Part shown: positions 37,991 to 48,825 of the stretch, piece by piece
How the letters are laid out: every line of letters starts with the position of its first letter
How positions within the stretch are numbered: the stretch's first letter is position 1
Position numbers and translations under genes: made by a program
Origin: Octopus sinensis
Lineage: Eukaryota
Direction: 5' to 3'
NCBI RefSeq assembly: GCF_006345805.1
Contig: NC_043000.1
Span: 32,922,001-32,986,000 of the forward strand
Length of the DNA stretch: 64,000 nucleotides
Notes under the pieces: model-generated
Database searches by the model: none
What the model saw: the letters and a program-made list of their open reading frames with translations, nothing else
What the model was told of the DNA's origin: nothing

Positions 37991-38902
37991 CCTCTCTAGG
38001 TACTGCTATTAAGTTAGTCATGTCCTGGGCTGATAATAGCTGAAATCAATTTAAGCTATTTAAGTGATGATAGTTGTAGAGAATTAAGTGGTAAGCTGGC
38101 AGAATCATTAACATGCTGGGTGAAGTGCTTAACGGTATTTTGCCCATCACTATGCTCTGAATTCAAATTCTGCTGAGGTCGACCTTGTCGTTCATCCTTT
38201 CAGGGTCAATAAATTAAGTACCAGTGAAACACTTGGGTTGATGTAATCGGCAAGTCCCCTCCCCCAAATTTCAGGCCTTGTGCCAATAGTAGAAAGGCTG
38301 TTTGTAGAAATTATGCATGGAATTTGTAGCAAAGTGTCTCACACAACCCAATAAAGAAATACCAAATGTTATGTGCTTAATTCAATGTTTTGTTTTGATT
38401 TTCTGTAATTCTTTCATCTAAAACAAGTCAGTTTGGTTGGAACTTCATTTGCTCTGTCCTCACAGAGTTGGAGGAAGAGATTAGACAATGGTAATGACAC
38501 AAGATTTCAGTTTCTAAGATAATTTATAACTCAATAATAACAATTTCTTTGTTTAGTAAATATTGAATAAACAAAAAAGAAAACCTCGTTAAGCATATAA
38601 TTAAGAAAATCATTAGAAAGAGGAGATACACGTTTCACTTATTTATTATTCAACATTTGCGGCGACAACGGTGGTGTGGTCACAAGTGTTGAAAATGGAA
38701 ATCTATGTTAGAAACTCTCGTGTTTCTATTAACATAAATTTCCCCATTATTTGTTTTGTAGTAGCAGTAGTAACATCTCTATTTAAATGACAATGTTTCC
38801 TTTAATGATAAAACAGCCAGCAGCTGAAAGCCTTTCCTACCATTAACTTGGAGAAATTCTTTCTGTATTTCAGAACGCAAACTTCAACCGAAACGAAACA
38901 AA

Positions 38903-39311
38903 ATGGATGTGAAATACACACAGGAAACTACCCAGGTTTACTACTTTAAATACATGAGAGAATATCGAGCTGTGGCCGTTCTTTGGGGGATTCTGACCAT
39001 AATCTGGTGCATCCTTACTGTTGTGGCTTTTGTCCAGCCACAATGGATTGGAGATACCGAGTCTAGTCCAGGCTATGGTCATTTCGGAGTTTATGCTTAT
39101 TGTTACCCAACTACAACAACATGGAGGTATGGCTGTAAAGGATCTTTCACCAATTTTGCTTCAATTCCAAATGGAGCATTCAAAGCAGTGACATTATTCG
39201 TCGGAATATCCGCTCTGCTCAGTTTGATTTGTGTGGCAACGCTTCTGCTCTTCTTTTGCTTCAAAAAGGTTATTGTGTTCAACCTCTGTGGAATCATGGA
39301 AATTATTTCAG
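38903..39311 (+). CDS. LHFPL3: LHFPL-like coding exon 1 (409 nt)
   Basis: ATG at 38903, donor GTAAGA at 39312 (phase 1). A candidate acceptor tttctgtatttcAG at 38872-38873 suggests an upstream UTR exon. Confidence 0.93.
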
Positions 39312-42300
39312 GTAAGACAGAAGTTTCATCATCATCATTTAACGTCCGCTTTCCATGCTAGCATGGGTTGGACGATTTTGACTGAGGGCTGGTGAACCAG
39401 ATGGCTGCACCAGGCACCTGGTGCATCTTAATCTGGCACCTGGTGCAGCCATCTGGTTCGCCAGCCCTCAGTCAAAATCATCCAACCCACCTAGAAATTC
39501 TGAAAACAAAAAAACTTTTATAGAATGGTAGTTCATTCTTGTGGTATTGAAGCTATGACCTTGCAAGTTAATTTCATGAGTAGGCTGTTCTGTTGATTGG
39601 ATAAACTGGAACCTTCATCATCATAACTGAAGAAGTGCCAATAGTATAAACTCACACACACATTACTATTTCTATCATGTCCACATCACATTCAGTGCAA
39701 TATATCTATATATATCTATATATTTCATCATCATCATCATTTGATGTCCATTTTCCATGCTGGAATGGATTAGACAGTTTGACCAAAACTGGTAAAATGG
39801 AGAGTTGCACCAAGTTCCAGTCTGATTTGGCAAGATTTCTACAGCTGGATGCCCTTCCTAATTCCAACCACTCCAAGAGTGTAATGGGTGCTTTGTACAT
39901 GCCACCATACAAGTCTATGTTCAGGTTTTAGTTTTTTAATTTTATATTTTTCATAATTCTTATTAGCTTTTTACAATTATTTTGGAACAATTCCTAAATC
40001 AATATCCAACATTTTTAGACCTCCTCAGTCTCAATATCAGGAACTGAATTGCATATATTTGGTCTTTGTGTTGTTTCTAATATACTGATAGAATCTGTGC
40101 AGATGCTCTCTCCAAATATTCTTTCACCATTAATTAGCATCATACATCATCAGACATGTGTTGATTTCTTTGATAGTCAAATTTTAACCATTACAGTTTA
40201 TGTTTTATGCCAGTAGCCATGCATTAAATATCTTTTGATGTGTGCAGTTGCACTAAGTTTGGAATTGTATGAGTATGGTTTCCATAATTAATCTTCTATT
40301 GATGTGCAAACTTTTATAATGCAAGTGTTCTCCTCTAGCATCTTTCTATTTAATTTTGTTTTGCGTTTTACATGTTACAAATGCATGATCCCACATGAAC
40401 ATGTTGTAATGTTTGATTAATCCTATTTGTGACAATATTTGTTCAAACTCGCTCCATGAGTCAGCGATAGAGGCACTTTCATGCCTGTTGAGTTTATCTT
40501 GAATTGGTAATGTTCCTTCATAGCACTACGAGCATTCAGAATTCTGGAAATTCTATTGCTTATTTTTCTGGGCCTTAAGTCCTCTGGAACAGATTAATCA
40601 TAGTTTCACTGAGATCATCATTACTCTTTCTTGCCATTAGTCCTCGGATTGTTAAAATGGAACTTTCACCAATTACAATATCTGACAGGTAGAGGATGGT
40701 GAGTACTTGACAACATTTTAGGAGATAGGTGCCCAGTCTTGGTCTTCTTTTAATCAGGACTGTAGCTTTGTAAAAGAGGTTGAGCTGCAGAAAGATAAGC
40801 TTTGCAAATGGAGACTACATCCATTGCCTGTTTAGCGATTTTGTCACTCGTACTGCGCCCTCAGTAGAGGTCTGTGTATCAACAGTTATGGCACACAAAG
40901 TAGTCTGCCCAAAAGATGTTGGCAGCAGATGGACCAACTAACCAGTAGCATCAATCCCTTCTACAGCAAAACAGATGTTGGTCAGCTGAAAGCTAGGGCA
41001 AGGCATGATGATCTGCCAGTAAATTATTATAATGGAGACAATGTATGCATTTGCCAGGTCTGTCCAACCTTTCAGAAATTGTTTTTCCTCAAATCCATTT
41101 CTGGGTGTGATTGCCCCCCCCCCCATTCCATAACTTTGTACCTGTTTCTATCCACCTGGAACATCTAGTACTAAACCAGATTCCTCCCGCCTAACTTAAC
41201 CAGTTGGTCGAATCAGTACTCCACAATGGTATGGACATGTCTCAACAGGAGCTGAGTTACAAGCCTCAATTTCCTTGGGTTAATTTTTGCATCCATCACC
41301 ATCTTGCATTCTTTTAGAAAAGTGCTGACCATGTCAACTTCTGTGGTGTCTGATGGCATGATGGTGACATAGTCCATGATGATGCTAACAAATAAGGAAA
41401 AAGGTGTAAAGCCTTACATCGTACAACTTCTTTGAAAGTCAAAATTATTTATCAACCATCTATCTTTGACCAAATGCATTGCGTTTACGTATCTGTTGTG
41501 GTACTACCACACAACTGCAGCCACTGTTGCACAACTAACAACTGCCGCCGCCGCCACCACCACCACCACCACCACCACCACCACTACCACCACCTACTCC
41601 TTTAACAATGTTCCAATTCTAGATTTATGCCAAATTCCAATTTACCAGTGTCTTCTTCAATCTTCATTCCAGCTGTGCTGCTGTTTCTGGCGTGTATCAT
41701 TTACCCAAGTGGATGGGACCTGAACACAGTTAAAGACATGTGTGGTCCCAATTCAGGTCCTTACAAACTGGGCAAATGTGGAATCCGATGGGCTTATATT
41801 CTAGCTATTCTTGGTATAATTGATGCTGCCTTACTGGCCATTTTAGCCTTTATTTTGGCCAGCAAAAGAACAAAACCTGATGACTACAGCGTGACAGGAA
41901 AAATCACAAGAGGTAAATATATATACAGGTTTCCTCTCTTTGTTTCTTTCATTATCCATTTATACTGATCTGCTCATCCACCCACTCCCCATCTTTAATC
42001 ATCTCTTGAAACGGCTACATTGGTTCCTGTTCTTTTTACCCCCACCCACCCACCAATTTACTAATATAAACATTTGATTAACCTACCTTAATTTAGAATA
42101 AAAATAAGGAATTTCATCCATTAAACTCTGTACTAAATAGTTTTTTTGTTTTTTTTTAACCAACCCTCTCTCTACACAACCAGGAACTTTTAGCACTCCC
42201 TCCTTGGCCATGTTTTCCTTCTATCCATCACATTACTAAACCAATCCATGATAAAATTATCTGAAGTCTGTAAGAGACACCATTCTTTAGTCCCTTCTCT

Positions 42301-42831
42301 CTTAGAACCATGACATACTCTTTAATTTAATGTTAATTTAATACTCTTTAATTTTAATGTATTTTAATGTATTAATGTATTTTAATGTATTAATGTATTA
42401 ATTAATTTTTATTTAATGTATTTTAATTAATTTTAATACTCTTTAATTTTAATTTTAATACTCTTTAATTTTAATTTTAATACTCTTTAATTTAATTTTA
42501 ATACTCTTTAATTTAATTTTAATACTCTTTAATTTAATGTTTATTAAATATATCATCTCACTTGCGACCAGTAATTAGGGTTGATATAAAAATAGAGAAA
42601 GTTTAGTAATAGTTTTTTTGGAAATCTGATGAAATTTTGCTTCTTACAAGTTTGTTGTGTTTTTTCCTATTTTCAGCTGAGCTGTATCCTAACTACAACG
42701 ACACAATGCGTTCACAGGCGACAATCATCCGACCCACCATGATGACCGTTCCTGATCTTGGAGATACATACTCAGAATATTCCCATATTTCAAATAAGAA
42801 ATCCCTTATCAATTCTAGCTTCCAGTTATAA
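38903..42831 (+). CDS. LHFPL3: LHFPL tetraspan family protein (LHFPL3/4/5, TMHS-like), 3 coding exons, 267 aa
   Basis: MDVKYTQETTQVYYFKYMREYRAVAVLWGILTIIW...QPQWIGD...GHFGVYAYC...CKGSFTNFASIPNGAFKA... and CIIYPSGWD...MCG...YKLGKCGIRWAYILAILGIIDA match the LHFPL3/4/5 family. The symbol is tentative: this is probably a single invertebrate co-orthologue. Confidence 0.93.
41673..41912 (+). CDS. LHFPL3: LHFPL-like coding exon 2 (240 nt)
   Basis: Acceptor tcttcattccAG, donor GTAAAT at 41913, phase 1 at both ends. Confidence 0.93.
42677..42831 (+). CDS. LHFPL3: LHFPL-like coding exon 3 (155 nt, ends ...NSSFQL-stop)
   Basis: Acceptor ttcctattttcAG, in frame with exon 2, TAA at 42829-42831. Confidence 0.85.
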
Positions 42832-45117
42832 AACAAACCTTTTCTTTTTAACAATTCCTCAACTTGAGACAACGAAAATCTTACTAACAATTTTTTTATA
42901 CAAGCTTCCCTTATAAATACTTTCAGAACATATTCCAAACTATTTACATTCTCAATAAGGTTTATATATTTGACTTGAGTAGTCATTTGTCTTCTTCATG
43001 TGTGTGTGTCACATGAATGCTCCAAGCTAACAATAAATGGATAGAGAAGGCCTGGTGGAGAAAGCTAGAGTGACACTCCTGTGTATATAATTGTATACTT
43101 TTCTATGTGAATGTTTAGAATTGTAATGTGTATGTGTGTACATGTATGTTGCTTTTTTATACCGAAACTAAAAGTTTGTATCACAATTTGAGTTTCATGC
43201 CCCTGCAATCTTCAGGTGAGAACACAGTGGCAAGAAACTTGAGTTGTCTGGAAAAACAACAACAAGAAAGAGCAAACCATGGAATAAAGGAGAAACAAAT
43301 CATCGACTTTTAGACAAAGAATTTACTATAATTGCAGTAAAGCTGCAATGGAACATAAAACACACACACACAAAACTTTAAGTAGGAAGTAAATACTTTA
43401 ATGTATATCACAATGACAATAAGAATATATAAATTACAATTAACAACTATTAAAAAAAATGCTATTTATAATTTTGCTTTTAATCTAAAATATTAATTTC
43501 TTGTTTTAGTTTTACATCCATTTTTCCATGCTAGCATGGGTTAGGGGAATTCATATTATTTGGGGCATCGTTTAACACAACCAAATGCCCTTCCTGTTAC
43601 TCTTACTGGTTTTTCAAGTTAGGAATATCTTTTTGTTCTGCATGTCTTTGGGAAGCTCAGACTTGAACAATCAGTTGACAAGGAATGACAACCAATTTCA
43701 CAATTTATAACTTAGCAGTTTTTTTTAATGTGAAACACAGATTGTAAACATTTATACACACACACACACACACGTTTGCATATACACACACACACACATT
43801 TGCATACACACACACACACACACAAACACATTCATCTGTACGTGTGTCTATATATGTATGTGCATATCATATATATATACCCACATAAACAGATTTTATA
43901 TACTTTCCAGTACATCATATGCTAAACATAGTAAGTGAAATAAAATCATTTGTTAAAATATCCCACACAAAGACCCTAAATGTAAAACTATTGCTGAAGC
44001 AGCCCTCATATAATGCTGTGGGGACAAAAATAAGTGTCATGCAGGAGTTTGAGTGCAAATAATGGAAACGGTACCACAAATGTATGAGGTACCTTTGCCA
44101 TATGATTACAACAGTGATAAATATTTGTGGAGACAAATGATGATAAAATTCACATTCTTATTCTTTTTGCCAATTATTAACAATAATAATAATAATAATA
44201 ATCATCCTAAATGTTTTTCGTAAAAGGCATCAATATTAATAATTGGAAAACTTATCTTTTTAAAAGTTTACAACTGCAAATGTTTAAATCTGATTTAATT
44301 TTCTAATAAATATTTACCATTTTCTATTGTTCTTTTTATGGGTGTATTTTTTTTTTGTTTTGCAAGATACTTGATGACCTTGTTGGTGATGCCACCATGT
44401 AAAATGCATTTGTGCTGGCGCCATGTAAAAAGCACCCAGTACACTTTGTAATGTGGTTGGCATTAGGAAGGCCACCCAGATCTAGAAGGCATGATAAAAC
44501 AGACAATAGAGCCTGGCATGCCCCCCTGCCCCCGCCTTGACATCTGTCAAAATGTCCAACCCATGCCAGCATGGAAAACGGAGAATAAATGACGATTTCT
44601 TCCTTTACAGTTTCGTTACACTATTATTCTCAACCATCAATGTCTAATCAGAAAATGATAGGGGCATTATCATCATCATCATCATCATCATCGTTTAACG
44701 TCTGCTTTCCATGCTGGCATGGGTTGGATGGTTTGACTGAGCCAGATGGCTGCACCAGGCTCCAATCTGATCTGGTAGAGTTTCTACGGCTGGATGCCCT
44801 TCCTAATGCCAACCACTCTGAGAGTGTAGTGGGTTCTTTTAACGTGCCACCAGCATGAGGTACTGGCATTGACCATGCTAAAAAGATGTTTTTTACGTGC
44901 TACTTGCATATCTGAACCACTTCCCAAACTTTCAGCACCTCTCCTCATCCACATACCAGCACTCTACCAGGACTACCACTGGAACCATGACTCTACCTTC
45001 AATATATATATAAATTTAAAATGAGGGTGAGAAATTAGATACTAATTTAATTAACATCGATTTCACACCAGTGGTCTAGCATAAAAAAGCTGAAGGTTCA
45101 GTAAAATAGTATATACA

Positions 45118-45207
45118 TATATTAGAGGGAAAACCACTATGTGGACAACGTAGTGGATCTATTTCTAGCATATGGGTGTCCACATAGTGGTTTTCCCTCT
45201 AATATAT
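45118..45207. repeat. Inverted repeat with about 29-bp perfect arms
   Basis: atattagagggaaaaccactatgtggaca ... tgtccacatagtggttttccctctaatat. Confidence 0.92.
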
Positions 45208-45688
45208 ATATTCAATATAAAAGCAATTAAGATTCAAGTGAGTTCCAATTAATTCACATGAATGCGGTACTTAACTTAGATGCACCAGAAATCTATATGG
45301 TATTAACCATAAAGTAATGTGGGGTGATTATAAACAAGAAAAAAGCAACAAGAATGGATTAGTTTTTCAGTACAATTGTTTCATACGAAGAACAGCTTTA
45401 TTAAAAGCTGTTCTATATATATATATACATATATATATAGGGAGAGTTTACGAAAAAAACAAAAGACGAAGACAAGTGGTGTAGAAAACAAACAGGTGTA
45501 TTAGTATAACGCTCAGGAATAGAAAAAGTCTTTTACGTTTCGAGCCTAAACTCTTCTACAGAAAAGGACACAGAAAAAAAAACAAGGAGAGAAAAAAATG
45601 TGTGTAGTGGCTACTGATCTATCATGGCGTCTGCCAGACAGAAGGGTCACACAGGAGAGCAAAGAAGTAGGGGAGATAAAGATATATA

Positions 45689-45720
<32 letters not shown>

Positions 45721-45987
45721 CTTTCGGAGTGGTTGGCATTAGGAAGGGCATCCAGCTGTAGAAACTTTGCCAGATCAGATTGGAGACCACTGCAGCCTTC
45801 TGGCTCGCCAGCCCTCAGTCAAACCGTCCAACCCATGCCAGCATGGAAAGTGGATGTTAAACGATGATGATGATATACACACACAGGTAAGCACGTGTAA
45901 AACAAGGTAGAAAAAATAGTACTTGACTACCAAAGGTAGAGTGATATTCTTTTTATTAAAGCTGCAAAATTATTACAGAACTGAAAA

Positions 45988-46182
45988 TATGTTTGTAAAT
46001 CTTCATAATCAAATAGGTGTACAGGGTATTATTGGACTCCAAAAATCCGTCCATACAGGAATGAACCCAACTGGAATCTACCCAGCATTCACTCTGTATT
46101 GAGTGAGAAAACGGTATGGACGGATTTTTGGAGTCCAATAATACCCTGTACACCTATTTGATTATGAAGATTTACAAACATA
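45988..46182. repeat. Inverted repeat with 69-bp perfect arms
   Basis: 45988-46056 is the exact reverse complement of 46114-46182. Confidence 0.95.
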
Positions 46183-46284
46183 CTTTCTCAGTGATACTCA
46201 ATTTACCTACCATTATAAATAATACCAATTGTTCTTTCTCAAACCTTTCATAATGTGATACAAGTCTTTGGTGTAGCAATTGCA

Positions 46285-46378
46285 TGCGGCTGAAGAGGGC
46301 TTTAAACTATCTGTTATGTCAATTATATATTGATGTAAGAATAAGTTGTTTTATAAAGCTCGAAACATGTGTACCGCA
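46285..46378 (+). ncRNA. Type I hammerhead ribozyme motif, core intact, enlarged stem II loop
   Basis: TGCGG-CTGAAGA-GGGCTTT...(51 nt)...AAAGCTC-GAAA-C(ATGT)G-TA-CCGCA; predicted cleavage 3' of A46373. Confidence 0.8.
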
Positions 46379-46496
46379 ACATCCTTTGTGTTCTGTTTTT
46401 TATTTTATTTGATACATATATCCTCTCACCTCTGCTACTAGCTGGCATATACAGGTGCTTATACTTATCAATTATTCACTCTGAATTTATTGTATC

Positions 46497-46546
<50 letters not shown>

Positions 46547-46627
46547 CATCTAATATAGGATAAAATTTTCGAAAAAATTTTATCAATGGCCAGCATATTA
46601 AAAAATACCTTTAAAGGTTAAATTTAT

Positions 46628-47060
46628 AAACAGCTTATAAACAAGGGCAAAAGAAAAAATTTCCAATGCCAAATATGCCAAAAATATACTTAATCGTCAA
46701 TAACCATATAATTTATCACTATAAGTACACGTCTCGAAAGCAAACCGATAGAAATTTCTAAAAAAATTCGTTATTATCAGATCGGTCCTAATTTTCTCGT
46801 CATCGGCGATAAATACGATGTACAAGTAAGTATCTCATTTATTTTCTTATCGTATTTATCACTGATGACGAGAAAATTCTAAATGAATTAACTCAGAAAT
46901 TGGGACCAATCTGATAACAAATTTTTTAGAAATTTCTATTGGTTTGCTTTCGAGACGCGTGCTTATAGTGATAAATTATATGGTTATTGACGATTAAGTC
47001 TATTTTTGGCATATTTGGCATTGGAATTTTTTTCTTTTGCCCTTGTTTATAAGTTGTTTA
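46628..47060. repeat. Inverted repeat with about 165-bp arms and a nested inner hairpin
   Basis: ataaacaagggcaaaag.../...cttttgcccttgtttat; inner ttttctcgtcatc/gatgacgagaaaa. Confidence 0.92.
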
Positions 47061-47066
47061 TCTATA

Positions 47067-48024
47067 TCTTTATATATATAAAACTGAGAATGTGTCTGTC
47101 TGTATGTCTGTTTGTGTGTTTCCCTAAAACTTGAGAACTACACAACCAATTTCATTCAAATTTTACCCATGCCTTACTTAGGGTCCATGTAGTTTCATGG
47201 GCAAAAAAAAAAGTTCAACTTCTTGCCTAGGGCGAGCCCATAGCAATATCATATCTTCTCCACTATTTCAGTATTACGTGTTAAAAATGAAACAAAAGCA
47301 TTTCTCTATTTTATGTCAGATATTTCACTTTAACAATAAAAATTAGAGATAATAATAACAATTGAGTTATATGTAGTAAGTAATAATTAAAACCAAACTA
47401 AAGTATAATATAATAATTAAATCGTAACATAACAAAAGTAAAAATAGCAATTGGTATAAAATTGCATCAATGACTTGAACTTGAATAAGTGGTTTCACAT
47501 GAATGGGAATAAATTAAAAATAAAATTAGTGTGCAGAAATGGAATAGTCCAGATGAATAATAAAAAATTAAATTAAAGAAAAGACTTTTGTCTATAAAGT
47601 ATACAATGTAGAGAAAAAAGATTTGAACACCTGGAGGAAAGCACCTTCGAAAAGTGTCTTGGTGCGACTATGAAAGATATCTAACCAGAGGCGGTAAATT
47701 CGTCACAATAGAAGCAAGGTTCAAGTCAACGGAGCGTGCAAGGGAGTACTCGACTCAAACTTACAAAGTAGAAATATTTTATTTTTACCTTTATATCTGG
47801 GACGTGGGACGTCCTGGATAAACATTAAACATGCCCCCCCTCCCCGAAGTAGAGGTAGGCTGGATTGTAGCCACACTTCTATACAAGAGGGAGGACAAGA
47901 TACAATTGATCGAATTGCAAGAAATGGGCTAACAATTCCAGTCTGTTATATATTTCGAGTAAAGTGTCAATATTTATCAAATAATAAATATTATCGACAC
48001 TTTCGTCTTGTTCCACTATGCTAG
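47067..48024 (+). mobile_element. Candidate non-autonomous Helitron (related 5' end)
   Basis: A|TCTTTATATATATAAAACTGAG..TGTGTCTGTC resembles the 11925 start; AT-rich hairpin 47961-48003, then CTAG|T at 48021-48025. The 3' end is uncertain. Confidence 0.45.
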
Positions 48025-48727
48025 TCAGAACCCATCGCACAGCTTCCGCACATGTGTTCCTTGACCATTCCCCCCCACCCCCTCCTCCCCAACTAACCCT
48101 GTCCCTCTCCCTATGTTTCTATATGCCCCCGTCTTCGATAACCACCATCGCCATATATAAACTAGCGATCGCAAATCGCTAAGCCCACTCACTTTCAACT
48201 CCACTACAAATGCACAGCTCATGAACGGCTAAAAGTTAAGATTTCTTCTTTCAACCTCGCTTTCTACTACCCTCTGCACGTATAATCACTATTCTTTCAG
48301 TTTCCTTAAATTTTTCTCTCATATTTTCCTTTCAATACCCTCTATTCATATTTTCTTTCAGTTTTCAACATACCATTCATGTAATGTTTTTCGTTTAGTC
48401 TTGTCTTGTCTCCCTATTTGCTCCCGTTTCATAGCCACTCATCGTCTCCCCTAAAATTTGACTTCTCTGATACTTTCAAACCTACTTTCTTGCTTTCACG
48501 ATTAACAGAATCCTCTTGCTAGTTTGGGGTTGACCCGCCCACCCACCCCCTCCACACATGCCGGAAGTTCCTATTCTTTTCATCCCTGGGTTGCTTCCCT
48601 TGAAGACTGCAAATGCTCTTTCACCATCCCTACCCCTAGTTTCGACCTAGGTAAGGTAATGATCATACAGTGCAAAATATGAATGGGTAGTGTTATGCAG
48701 GTTGAATTGAAGGCTACTGTATTACTT

Positions 48728-48825
48728 GCTCATGAATTCTGCCAAATGCGAGCTTTCTTTTCAGGTACATGAAGCTGCTCATGAATTCTGCCAAATGCGA
48801 GCTTTCTTTTCAGGTACATGAAGCT
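48728..48825 (+). repeat. Perfect 49-bp tandem duplication at the RTE ORF start
   Basis: gctcatgaattctgccaaatgcgagctttcttttcaggtacatgaagct at 48728-48776 and 48777-48825. Confidence 0.95.

Noticed and set aside
45520-45575. Hammerhead on the minus strand (ctgtagaagagtttaggctcgaaacgtaaaag)
   Set aside because: The GAAA/stem III/UA half and stem I fit, but the core reads CUGUAGAA rather than CUGANGA; at best a degenerate or variant motif.
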